A stretch of 63,957 bases of DNA, the filler included, from Pirum gemmata (Eukaryota): the NCBI GenBank assembly GCA_002812295.1. It is 20 parts of 20 records of this genome, joined end to end, with 100 filler letters (N's around TTAATTAATTAA, not from the genome) between each part and the next. Parts side by side here need not be neighbours in the genome. Positions count along the whole stretch, not along the records: positions 22,273 to 25,379 come from PDIN01003524.1; positions 25,480 to 28,500 come from PDIN01003525.1; positions 28,601 to 31,683 come from PDIN01003526.1; positions 31,784 to 34,889 come from PDIN01003527.1; positions 34,990 to 38,095 come from PDIN01003528.1; 15 more parts are not named here. The stretch is one strand, 5' to 3'. Within the stretch, counting starts at the first letter, position 1. Every line of letters begins with the position of its first letter. Of the stretch, positions 24,884-36,870 are shown piece by piece. Position numbers and translations under genes: made by a program. The notes beneath the pieces are model-generated. The model saw only the letters and a program-made list of their open reading frames with translations. It was not told where the DNA came from and did no database searches.

Positions 24884-25739
24884 CTAGTTTTATAAAAAAA
24901 CAAACAAACCGAACAAACCAAATCAAAACAAAATTATAGAACAAAGTTAGATATGTGATAATAAAATGATATCATTATGCTTACTTTCATAATTATCCTG
25001 GTTATAGTTATAATTTAACGATTATGAAAATTAACATCACAATAATAAATGATAAATAATAAAACTAATAATTAACCCTTTCGTTTTTTAAAATTTTAAT
25101 AATTTTATTGTACTATGTACTTTAAATTCTCTAACCCTAACCCAAACTCTAACCCTAACCCTAACATTTCTTTTTACACTTGAATTTATAATATAATACT
25201 ATAATTTTACCCTTAACCTATAGCTAGCTAATAATAATAATAATAAAAATAATAATTTTACCCAAACCGTAATAACATATACATATATATATAAATGTAT
25301 TTAAGTATTTGTATATAATAGCTAATAATAATAATAATAATAATAATAATTTTACCCAAACCGTAATAATATATAATAANNNNNNNNNNNNNNNNNNNNN
25401 NNNNNNNNNNNNNNNNNNNNNNNTTAATTAATTAANNNNNNNNNNNNNNNNNNNNNNNNNNNNNNNNNNNNNNNNNNNNAGGGTTAGGGTTAGGGTTAGG
25501 GTTAGGGTTAGGGTTAGGGTTAGGGTTGAAGCGGATAAGAAGATAATTAAAACTCCTATTGAATTATGGTAATTTTTTAAACCATTTTGTTTACATGATA
25601 ATTTATTAAAAAGCAGAAAAGTCAACAAAGTAGCTAAAATTTCACACAAACGCCCACCGTTTCTAGTATGTGAAAAAAATGTCAAAGAAAAAAAAAGAAA
25701 ATATTGAACAACAGTATTAATATTTTCACATGCTTTTAG

Positions 25740-25923
25740 ATTAATTTTCGATTACTCGGACAATGAAAATTATCAAAGCTATGAAGACGTACCTTTACAT
25801 TTCACTGACGAGGACACTGCAACAGAATCTGATACCTACTTGCAAGACATTAATGCTGATGATTTGTTTAAAGGTTTTGGTGATTGGGAAAAGGAATATG
25901 AATGGATGAATATCATAACCTAA
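25740..25923 (+). CDS. Putative acidic terminal exon of an unknown gene
   Basis: After a TTTTAG acceptor: LIFDYSDNENYQSYEDVPLHFTDEDTATESDTYLQDINADDLFKGFGDWEKEYEWMNIIT*. Composition looks coding. Confidence 0.4.
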
Positions 25924-26320
25924 ACGATAACTATTAATAAATAAATATTTACTTCAAATTTTATTTACATGCATATAACCATACGTATAAGCTAGTTCTC
26001 CTATAGTTACAGAGGAAAACTAACAATTATGCAATATACTTTACTAATTGATAAAAGTTGGCAAATTGATTGAACGTTAAAGTGTTACTACTGAAAGTAA
26101 GGGTATAGTAAAAATCTTTAATATTCTATATGAAGCCTTCAAACTCAAGTTACGTAGTCTACATACAAGTAATAAATGTTCCTTAAAACGTACAGCTTAA
26201 ACGCAGAACACTTTACTAATTGATATAACGCTTTCGTTAAGTTTTTTTTAAACTATTTTTGTTATAAAATGTACATTTACTTTAAATAAGAAAAAAACCC
26301 TAAAATTAATTAAATTAAAT

Positions 26321-27709
26321 CTAAACAGCACTAGCAGCTTGTCCATGAAGTTGATTATAACCCTCAGCTTCATTCGCTTCAAATAAAGGGTTTCCGTCAA
26401 TATTACTCTGTACTTCATTTTCCGGAAATTCACCAAGCCCTTTAGAAGGATTTCCTCGTTTAACAAAGTAAGTTACCGCTAACGCAGATGCTATTATAAC
26501 AACAGCACCACCAGCAGCTGCACCAGCAATAATGGCAGTGTTATCCGTACTTTTATTTTGATTATTTTCAACACCATTCACAACAACAACACTACTACTA
26601 CTGCTATCCGTAGGTGTGGACGAAGTAGTAATCAATGTAGATGAAGACATTGATTTCGATATTGTGGTTGTGGTTGTGGTTGTGGTTGTGGAAGGGGGTA
26701 TACTTACTACACATTTTTCCTCCATTTTCAACTTTGGACATGGGTTTCCTTCCCCTTGTTTTGATGTGGTTATATTTCTTAATCGACTACGAGTATCTTC
26801 AATACAATCACCCCATTCACTCCATTGTGTTGTTTTGCAATCCACTGAGCAAGTTTGCTCTTCTTTTAACTTTGGGCAAGCATCCCCTTTACCTTGTCTA
26901 AATGTAATGATTTCCCTCGAGCGTGCACTAATTCCATCCAAACATTCACCCCACTCACTCCAATCAGTTGTTTTACAATCTACAGAGCATATTTTTTTCG
27001 TTAAAAACTCGACTTTGTTTGTTAATTCTTGAAAATTTTTAATGTCTATTACATTTTCTTTTGACCCAGCCAAAGCTTCCAAATAATAATCGCTTCTTTC
27101 CATGCCAATTCCAACAACCAAGATAATATATCCTTCTTCTCTTAACTCAGTGGCTTTGTTTATTGCTTGTCCAGGGTTATTAGCAACCCCATCCGTTAAA
27201 ACAACCAACACTTTTAACACCATATTATTGTCATTCCTGGTGCTTTTTTCAAAAACTGTGTTTTTAATTTTTTGAATTGCATAAGTCATTTCTGTACCAG
27301 AATTCCTATCTCTATCAAAATAATTAATTCGAGTTTGAAGCTGTCGATTAATTTCTGCACTGTCGTAACCTAACGAATAATGTTTAGTATAAACATCATT
27401 AAAAGTAGACAAGGCAATGTTTGCTTCATTTTCGTTAATTGTAAATTGATTAATTACATCAGAAGTAAACTGTTTCATTAACTCAAAATTTCTTTGCCCT
27501 TCTTGTAAATTACTTACAACAACGTTTTTGCAGATACCCAAATAACATTCTTTTCTTTTCACGGCACTTATACTTCCGCTTTTGTCGAGAAGAAATGCAA
27601 TATCAGCCTTAAGATTGCAGTTTGGGACTCCCGTTGATTCGACTGAAATAATTGACAAAAAGGTTGACACCATAGTTATAATTGAAATATTTTTAAAAAT
27701 CATCATCAT
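26321..27709 (-). CDS. Complete type I membrane adhesin: signal peptide + vWA (intact MIDAS) + 2 TSP1 + S/T stalk + TM + acidic tail with NPLF/NQLH
   Basis: DIAFLLDKSGS, SGTEM and VLVVLTDG; two CKTT(D/Q)WSEWG(E/D)C...R.R.I...QG.G..CPKL repeats; TM IIAGAAAGGAVVIIASALAVTYFV; tail DGNPLFEANEAEGYNQLHGQAASAV*. Confidence 0.93.
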   Translation of the reverse strand: MMMIFKNISIITMVSTFLSIISVESTGVPNCNLKADIAFLLDKSGSISAVKRKECYLGICKNVVVSNLQEGQRNFELMKQFTSDVINQFTINENEANIALSTFNDVYTKHYSLGYDSAEINRQLQTRINYFDRDRNSGTEMTYAIQKIKNTVFEKSTRNDNNMVLKVLVVLTDGVANNPGQAINKATELREEGYIILVVGIGMERSDYYLEALAGSKENVIDIKNFQELTNKVEFLTKKICSVDCKTTDWSEWGECLDGISARSREIITFRQGKGDACPKLKEEQTCSVDCKTTQWSEWGDCIEDTRSRLRNITTSKQGEGNPCPKLKMEEKCVVSIPPSTTTTTTTTTISKSMSSSTLITTSSTPTDSSSSSVVVVNGVENNQNKSTDNTAIIAGAAAGGAVVIIASALAVTYFVKRGNPSKGLGEFPENEVQSNIDGNPLFEANEAEGYNQLHGQAASAV

Positions 27710-28059
27710 TTTTTTTTTAATTTTTTTATTTTTTGTTTTTTATCTTGTTTGTTGGTTTTTAATCTTTTAAAATTAAGTTGTCGTTTATTATTATTATTAT
27801 TATTATTGTTGATAAAGATGATGTTGTTGCTATTGTTGTTGTTGTTGTTACTGTTGTTGTTGTTGTTGCTGTTGTTGTTGGTTGTTATCGAATGCAATAT
27901 ATTATTGTAAATTAACTGAAATAAATAAAAAATTTAAAAATTGTATATAATTTATTTATTTATTTATTTATTTTTTTTTTTGCTTTTTTTATTTATTTAT
28001 TTATTTACTTTTTTTTCATTCCCCCTCCCCTCCTTTAAGTACACTTTTTGTAACAATGA

Positions 28060-28455
28060 AAACAAAAATGAATAACAAAAATAAAACAAACAAAAACAAC
28101 AAAAACAACGAAAACAACGAAAACAACGAAAACAACGAAAACAACAAAAACTACAAACACAACAAACACAACAAACACAACAAAAACAACAAAAACAACA
28201 AAAACAACAAAAACAACAAAAACAACAAAACAACAATAACAACAACAATATTAATATTTTACTACTAAAATAACTACCACTACTACTACTACCACTACCA
28301 CTACTATTACTACTACTACTACCACTACTACTACTACTACTACTAGTAGTAGTAGTACTGCTACTACTACTACTACTACTATTATTATTTTATTACTACT
28401 ACTACTACCACTACTACTGCTACTACTACTAATATGACTACTACTACTACTGCTG

Positions 28456-28500
<45 letters not shown>
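28060..28500. repeat. (AAAACAACA)n and (ACT)n microsatellites
   Basis: Visible directly. Confidence 0.9.
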
Positions 28501-28896
28501 NNNNNNNNNNNNNNNNNNNNNNNNNNNNNNNNNNNNNNNNNNNNTTAATTAATTAANNNNNNNNNNNNNNNNNNNNNNNNNNNNNNNNNNNNNNNNNNNN
28601 TTATTGTTATTGTTATTGTTGTTGTTATTACTATTATTTCAAAAAGTTAGTATTAAAAATAAAATAAATCAAAACTTAAAACGAGGCTTTTTTGTTTTTG
28701 ATTTTTTTGAAACTGTTTTCATATACACACGTTGAAGTTAGTGTTAAGGCTAGGGTCATACACACCTTTATGGAGACCAACTATATTTTGTTTTTGCTAT
28801 ATTTCCATATTATATTTAAAAAACAAAAAATATATATATTTCCATTTTCTTCTTTGTTTACCTGTTAATCAATCAATCGTATTTTAACTAATTTAG

Positions 28897-29291
28897 GCGA
28901 TACAGATGTACTATTTCTATACGGAACTGATCACTCACACATAGTTCATTACTATGTTATGTTTGTGAGACTTTTCCAGGATCCTAGTATAGAGGTGGAT
29001 TGTTCTAAACTTTTCAAAAGTAAAGGTAGCCAAGATTTTGCTAATATATCTCCTAACCCTGATATGAGTGATAAATTTCCTAGCCTTACAACATTACGCT
29101 CAAGAACGAGTAATAAAACCGTTTCCAGCGTAGAATTGGAACAAAAAGGTACCCCAGATGCAAAAGAGAAAGAGAAAGAAATAGAATTGCGTAAAAAGGA
29201 TAAAAAAGCTACACAAGATCAACAAAGTACTATCATTTGGCTTTTGTTATTTTTAATTTTTCTATTTTTGATAATTCATTTAAGAGGTTAA
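28897..29291 (+). CDS. Terminal exon of a putative tail-anchored membrane protein
   Basis: TAG acceptor at 28894-28896 with an upstream CTAAT. The open frame has a charged linker and a C-terminal hydrophobic helix IIWLLLFLIFLFLIIHLRG*. Confidence 0.55.
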
Positions 29292-29389
29292 TTATTTATT
29301 CTTATTGGGTTGAATTATGTTAGGGTTAGGGTTAGGGTTAGGGTTAAGGTTAGGGTTGGGTTAGAATTAGGGTTAGGTTTACACCTTAC

Positions 29390-29860
29390 ACACTCAAGAA
29401 CGAGCAGTAAAACTGTTTCCACCAAAAAGGTACCTTGAATGCAAGAGAAAGAGATAGAAATAGAACTTAGTGAAAAGGAATAAAAATGCTAAAGATCAAC
29501 AAATTACTTTATTTGGTTTTTGTTGTTTTTAATTGCTCTGTTTTTGATAATTCATTTTTCAAGAGGTTAAATATTACTAAAAAATCCCACATTTTTTTTT
29601 TTTTTTAACTTTACATCATTTCAAAAACGAGTAGTAAAACCATGAAAAGGTTGAAAAAAGCTAAAACCTAAACAAGATCAAGAAAATACTATCATTTGTC
29701 TTTGAATGTTTTTAATTTCTCTGGTTTTACTAATACATTTAATTATTCATGCTTCTTGTATTAAATTAAAAAAAATCCCCCAATTTTTCTTACTTTGCAT
29801 CATTGGGCTCAAGAATCAGTAGTAAAACCGTTTCCAACATGGATTTAGACCAAAAAGGTT
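29390..29860 (+). pseudogene. Three decayed tandem copies of the 3' end of the preceding exon
   Basis: CTCAAGAACGAG(T/C)A(A/G)TAAAAC...GATCAACAAA...TTTTTAATT...ATAATTCATT recurs at about 29393, 29620 and 29808, with frameshifts and deletions. Confidence 0.75.
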
Positions 29861-30159
29861 TAGTTACTCGAAATCAAGAGATAACGAGTGAAAAAATTAA
29901 GTTAATTAAAGTTAATTAATATTATAATTATTATAATTAATTGGTTTGAATTAACCAACTATCAATAAAAAAAAAAGCTTTTTTATTGAAAACTGTTGTC
30001 AGAAAGCTTTACGGGCCTCTTAAATTTTTAAGCGACGGCAGAATAAATTTCAAAACAAGTTATTACTAATTAGATGGCCTATTTGTATATTGATAGCCCA
30101 CCTTAACCCTATAACCTTACTTATAACCATAATTATAACCTTAACCTTATAAATTAATA

Positions 30160-32190
30160 GCCCTAACCTTGGTTATAATTGCCCTGACCCTAAATTATAA
30201 CCCTAATTATAACCCAAACCCTAATTATAACCCTAACCCTAATTATAACCCTAACCCTAACCCTAACCCTAATATAACTTATAACCCTATAGCTAATAAC
30301 TTTTAACCCTAATTAATATTAATTATAATTAATATTATTAATATTAATAATAATTATAACTCAAATTATTATATTAATATATTAATATATTATACTATAT
30401 AGCTAGTACTAGTACTATAATAATTATTATAATTATGACCCTAACCCTATCTAGATCTGGTTTTCCTATCCTTATCCCTAATACCAATTGCTAATACCCT
30501 ATCCCTAAACAGTTTTCTAAACGCTAATCCTAGTCCTAAAACCATATATAACTAAACAGTTTTCTAAACGATAATCCTAATTCTAAAACCATATATATAA
30601 CCCTATAAATATAGCTAACCCTATAAATAACAATGTAACGACTTTATTATTTATTGACTGATTTTCCCTTCTAAAAACCAGAGTCCCAAATAATTTTTAT
30701 TATCAAATTTTTTTATCTATAATATGATAAGCGCTAATTAAGAAATGTGAAAAAATAGATAAGTCATCGTGCTCTAACCCTATAGCTAACCGTAACCCTA
30801 AAAGGCGGGTTAAACTTAATTAACTAGAGGTAGAACTACCCCCGTTCTTTTCAGTTGTTTTGCCTTCATAAAATTTAAATATGCAATATAAATAGTAACA
30901 ATTAATTAATATAAAGTAACAATTAATTAATATAAAGTAACAATTAATTTAATTTGGTATATTTTATTATCTATGTATTGATTTAAAAATGTCAATTTAA
31001 AGATTATAACCCTCCAAATAAATATTCAGAGTGATAAAATAAATGAAAAGCACAATATTATCATAACATAACTTTATATAATATTATGATGTTAATTAAA
31101 ACCCGAACCCTATATTAATATAACTAACTATATATATTAATAGCTAATTAAAAATTTAGTTATAACTAGCTAGAGACTAGTACTATAGCTACTAATTATA
31201 ATTATAAAACCTAACCCAAACCCTAAAACCCCTTTAGAAACCCTAACCCTAACCCTAACTTATAACCCTAACCCTAACCCTAACCCTAACCCTAACCCTA
31301 GCTAGAGCCCTGACCCAAACACTGATTATTTAACTCTAATCCTACGTAGGCCTCTAACCTTACCCTAACCCTTACTCTTTAATTAAACTCTAACACGAAC
31401 AATTGCTTGTACAAGTTGGTTTAAATTTTAACAATAACTAACAATAGTCTAACAATCGTAAAAATATTTAATTAAAATAATTCAAGAAATCGTACGATCT
31501 ACTAAGTAGTTAGTCAGTCATACGATTTTATCATAATAATAATAATTATTATAGTATTATCGATATTATGATAAATATTATTTTCGATATGATATGGTGG
31601 GGGCAATCTATACATAACATTAACTAAAAAAATGGACAAATTTTTTATGAGTTCGAAAAAATCATGTTTTTTGCGATTTTGTTNNNNNNNNNNNNNNNNN
31701 NNNNNNNNNNNNNNNNNNNNNNNNNNNTTAATTAATTAANNNNNNNNNNNNNNNNNNNNNNNNNNNNNNNNNNNNNNNNNNNNCCTCTAACCTCTAACCC
31801 TAACCCTAACCCTAACCCTAACCCTAACCCTAATCCTAACCCTAATCCTAAACCTAATCCTAATCCTAACAGTCCCTGACCCTAACCTTTACCCTAACTC
31901 TAACCTCTAACCTCTAACCTTAATTAACCCTAACCCTAACCATGTACTGTGTACATTTGTACCTCTCCATGCCAAATAGTGTACTCCAGTGTAATTCACT
32001 TAAAATTTTATATTAAATTTTGTGGCTTATGGCCCAAAACCCAACCCTAACCCTAACCCTAGCCCTAACCCTAACCCTAACCCTAACAGTCCCTAACACT
32101 AGCCTTAACCCTATCCCTAGCCATAACCATAACCTTAATTAACCATATAACTCTAACCATAACCCGAACCCGAACCCGAACCCGAACTTA
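30160..32190 (-). repeat. Interrupted (CCCTAA)n arrays at 30160-30290, 31210-31370 and 31784-32190 (span crosses a linker)
   Basis: Visible directly, with TTAT/AGCT insertions and CCCGAA/CCTAAT variants. Confidence 0.85.
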
Positions 32191-32449
32191 CTTTTCTACT
32201 GTACATATGCATGTGTTAGATTTTTTTTTTTTTTTCTATCATACTAAACAGTAGACCGGGGTCTATGATAAATATTTTTAAAATTAGAAAAACAAGTTAA
32301 AAAAAATTACACGCAACTAATTATATAACTAGCTACAAATAAATATGGTTCTAATATATTATGAAATATATTTTTTATTAGAAAAACAAGTTAAAAAATT
32401 GAAATAAATTACATGCAACTGATTATATAATTAGCTATAAATAAATATG

Positions 32450-32670
32450 ACCATTGAATAGTATTGTAAAATATACGTTCGTACGATACTATTGTAGCTG
32501 TTGGCTATAATATTACAACCTTTGAGCTTATGCATTTATGTGTTTGAAAAGTTAATATAATATCTTCAACTGGAAAAGAAGTGGAGTTTCCATTTGAAGT
32601 ATAACAATCCATTGTATGTTACAGAAGACCCTTTTCGTTGTGTATTTCATATACAAATGCAATACGTTTT
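32450..32670 (-). pseudogene. Possible hAT transposase C-terminal (dimerisation) relic
   Basis: The stop-interrupted frame ...KVVIL*PTATIVSYERIFY resembles LSIPATSxxSERxFS. Weak support. Confidence 0.3.
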
Positions 32671-33543
32671 TTAAACTTCGATTTTTAAATTCGATTTTAA
32701 ATTTTGTTTTAACATTGTAAATGCATAAGAAAATAAAAGAAAGAAACGCTGCATTGAACTCTAGAATATTAAAAAATGCTTTTTAATTTCTTGAAAAATT
32801 AAACAACCCCCCAAAAAAATGTTAAAAAAACGAATCACTTTGTTTTTCTTTAGTAGAATAGTTTCTTACCAATTTCTTTTGGGGGGGGGTTTGTTGGTCT
32901 ATCACTTTTTACCCGACTCGTAGCCGTAGGGTGTAGACTATATCTAAACAATAACAATAACAATATATGTTAATAACAACAATAACAATTACCAGAACAA
33001 TAACAATAACAAAAAAATAACGATAACAATAACAATAACAGTAACAATAACAAAAACAAAAACAAAACCAAAACCAAAAACAAGATGCCTACAGTGATAA
33101 TATAGGTCTGTGATATAAAACTAGCTAGACCTACATAATATATATAATATAATATATATAATATTATTTAAAAAAATATTATATAATAATATACAATAAA
33201 ATTATGACTATAAATAACTAGTTATCTAGTTTGAACTTTGAAGTTTCTAATCATAACTAAAGGCTTTTTCATGAGCATGCATTAAATTTTTATAAGTAAA
33301 ATTAAATAGCTCTGTGTATCTGCCTGTAGGCTGTAGGTCAGGGTCATTCGGTCCTTTTTAGGGAGAAATTTTTTTAGCCACTTATAAAGCGCAAAACTTA
33401 CATTATTGTTATTTATCAACAAGCATTTATCAATAACAACAGTATTTATCAATAACTCTCTATGATGATTCGTACTCTACGAGGCTGTGCCACTGCCTGG
33501 AAGTAACGGGCGCCAGTAACAGACAGGCCTGTTTACAACTAGC

Positions 33544-33732
33544 TATAGTACTTTTCAGTTGCTTTGTCATCATAAAGTATACAATAAATAGTACCAAATT
33601 AATAAAATATAAACCCATTTAATTTAATTTGGTATATTTTATTATTTATTTATCGATTTAAAAATGACAATTTAAAGATTATAACCCTCCAAATAAATAT
33701 TCAGAGTGATAAAATAAATGAAAATCACGATA
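33544..33732 (-). mobile_element. MITE family A, full-length copy flanked by TA
   Basis: The left end TA-TAGTACTTTTCAGTTGCTTTGTCA and the right end TGATAAAATAAATGAAAATCACGA-TA are imperfect inverted repeats. There is an internal palindrome TACCAAATTAA/TTAATTTGGTA. Confidence 0.8.
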
Positions 33733-35521
33733 GTGGACTAGTAGGGATTATTTATCCTCTAGTAGCTAGTATTTTTCTTGGGGATTTGCTATGTCATAGT
33801 TATGTCATGGAGCTAAGAGTCTATAGACTATACGTCACATCAAGGGGAAGGTAAGTGGGTGATACTTGACCGGAAATTAACGTCGAGGGGTAGGTAAATA
33901 GGGGTATTTGACGCTCCCATAGTCTAGCTAACAGTATTCTGCTTTGTTTAAAAAAAAAAAAAAAAAAAACAAGTTTTCAAGCCTATGCATTAATTAAAAT
34001 AAATAAGTTGGAAAATTTTAATTTATTCGAATATATTTATATTTATTTATAAACCCGGAAAATGGAAAAAATAATTTTCGAACAGGGCTGAATTTCAGAT
34101 TTTTTTTTCGAAAGCAAAAATTCGAGTTTTCGGGCTCGAGCAAAATTGGGAGAGTTTAGCTGCTAGCTGGTATCGATAGTATGATAGGTAGTAAGACTTA
34201 GTAGTACGTGATAGTGTGATGTCATGCTGTCTACCAATAGTACACGGGGGTCAAGAACTGGTCTAGTCATGATAGGTTGGTTCAGTTCTGTGAGGTCATG
34301 ATAGGTTGGTTCAGTTCTGTGAGGTTCGGGTATTTTTTCAATAAACTTTTTTCTATATTATTTATTACCTAGGGTATATAAACCGTATATTTATTTACAG
34401 AGAAATAACAGAAATTATTGCCGATGAAGAGTTTCCAGATAAAAATTATTATACTCAAATTTGAAGTCCTTGGTATACTATATATTGTGTGAACAGCTTG
34501 AAAAAGATCAAGCAATTTTTTTTTTTTATTATTTTGGACTTTTTATTTATTTATTTATCATATTAATAAAAATATTTAGTTTATTTTATTTTGTCATTGT
34601 CCATAAATGCAAATTGCAATACAACAATAATAATGATAAAAAGCAACTGCGTTATTTCCAAATTATTTTTCTTTTAGAAATATATTATTATATAATATAT
34701 ATATAGTTAAGAAATACAGTATAATTATGTAATTATAACATTACAAACAACAACAAAACATTACCAACAACAGCAACAATAAGAATAACAATAATAATAC
34801 TAATCGATTGATAATAATCGATTGATACTAATACAATATAATAATAGTAATATATCTACAACTACAATTTCAACTTAAACTACAACTACNNNNNNNNNNN
34901 NNNNNNNNNNNNNNNNNNNNNNNNNNNNNNNNNTTAATTAATTAANNNNNNNNNNNNNNNNNNNNNNNNNNNNNNNNNNNNNNNNNNNNTCATATTTTAT
35001 TATATATTTATTTATTTAAAAGTATCAAATTAAATATTATAAACAACCAAATAAATATTCGGAGTGACAAAATAAATGAAAAGCACTATTTATTATGGTA
35101 TACAAAAATAAAAATAAAAATATTTTATTTTATTTTGAATCATTACCTCATAGGTCTATGATAATAATATTATGATAGCTAGATCATAACTAGAGTAGGA
35201 AGGGTGACACCCCTCCAATATGACTAAAATTTCATTTCCCACTGCAGCTTCAGCTTACTATTTATAGTAAAAAATAAACTATTTAAGAAATTTAAGTTAC
35301 TATATTAAGATTATTCCAAAAAAGGCAATTTCTTTACTATTAATGTTTACAATTTTATTAATTGGGAAGCCATAAATGGCTGCGATTTCCGGAATTAGTG
35401 TCATTCTAAGGGGTCATTTACTTATAGCAGGCCACTTATAGCCGTCACCTCTCCTCTAGGGTTTAGTCACTAAGCGTCAGTGACGTCACGTCACTGTAGA
35501 GAGTGTGTCGAGTCTGTGTTA

Positions 35522-35670
35522 GGCTTCTCCCAATTCTGCTTTGTTCAAAAAATCGAGTTTTCGAGGCTATGCATTAATTAAAAAAGTTCGAAATTTTTTA
35601 AGTATTCAGGTTTTTTTTTTTCGACAGCAGAAATTCGAGTTTTCGGGCTTGAGAAGAATTGGGAGAGGCC
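35522..35670. mobile_element. MITE family D (149 bp) with 16-bp TIR GGC(T/C)TCTCCCAATTCT
   Basis: Left GGCTTCTCCCAATTCT, right AGAATTGGGAGAGGCC. A related longer copy lies at about 33935-34155. Confidence 0.7.
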
Positions 35671-36589
35671 ATTGGCTAGTAAGTGAATGTAGTTTATTTT
35701 TTATTTCAAATATGGTAAATTATTTTATTATTATTATTATTTTTGTAGAATTAACTTATATCATTGGTTGTATTTTTTTTTTTTTTTTAAAAAAATTTTT
35801 TTTTTTAAAAAAAACTATTTTTTTTGTTTCGGAACCTTGTATTAGTGGCTATGAGTGGTGGTATAATATTTAAATTGACATTTTTTTATCAATATATAGA
35901 TACTATATAGATAATAAAATATCATATACGAAATTAAATTAAAAATGGTATTATTATATAGTACACTTTATTGTATATTTTATTATGACAAAATAACTGA
36001 AAACCAATGTATAAGTTGTATTTTTTTAAAATGTATTAGGCTAATGGGTAGTCGATACTGAGAACCTGAGATCAACACCGAATTGTAAACTTGACGGACA
36101 TTGGGCAATATTTATTATACGATTTTTCCTCTAGTTTACTTTATTTTTATTGGTTTAACTATGGTAGATTGTTCCTTTATTTTTTAAAAATACGCGTTTA
36201 AAAGTGCTGAGTAGTAGTACTGTAGTAGTAGTATTGAAAATATTTTTTGTATGATATTATAGCTAGGATACTGCTAGGATATTATAGATATTATGCATAA
36301 GATTAAATTTTTCTGTATTTTACTTTTATTTTTATTTTTATTTTTATTTTTATTTTTTTTTTTTTTTTTTTTTTCTTTTTAATATTAACAATGTTATAGA
36401 CATGAACAAAGCGGACGAAAAGAATTATACATAATATATTATGAAGGATGGTATGCATGGTTATTGTATGTAAAGGAATATGTTGAATATAATATGTTAA
36501 TTAAAATTAATTTTAAAAAACGTTGTTATATGTAATAATAAAGAAATAATGAATAATCCATAATATGGGATCGAGGCAATATTAATGAT

Positions 36590-36870
36590 AAATTCAATAC
36601 AACAATACAATATACTACACTACACTTCACTACAAATTCAAATACAATACAATACAGTACAATATTAATATAATACCGATACACTCCAACAGAACGATAT
36701 AGATATTTTTTTGAGGCCCGTATTAATACGTATACCCTCAATATTAGTATATACAAATTCAAATACAATACAATACAGTACAATATTAATACAACACCAA
36801 TACACTTCAACACAGAACGATATAGATGTTTTTTTGAGGCCCGTATTAATACCCTCAATATTAGTATTAA
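36590..36870. repeat. Local tandem duplication (~125 bp) with (AATAC)n
   Basis: TACAAATTCAAATACAATACAATACAGTACAATATT...TTTTTGAGGCCCGTATTAATAC occurs twice. Confidence 0.8.

Noticed and set aside
12959..27709. Cluster of adhesion genes (two vWA-TSP1 genes and a Cys-rich protein) read as a locus
   Set aside because: They lie on different contigs, so their proximity is an artefact of concatenation.
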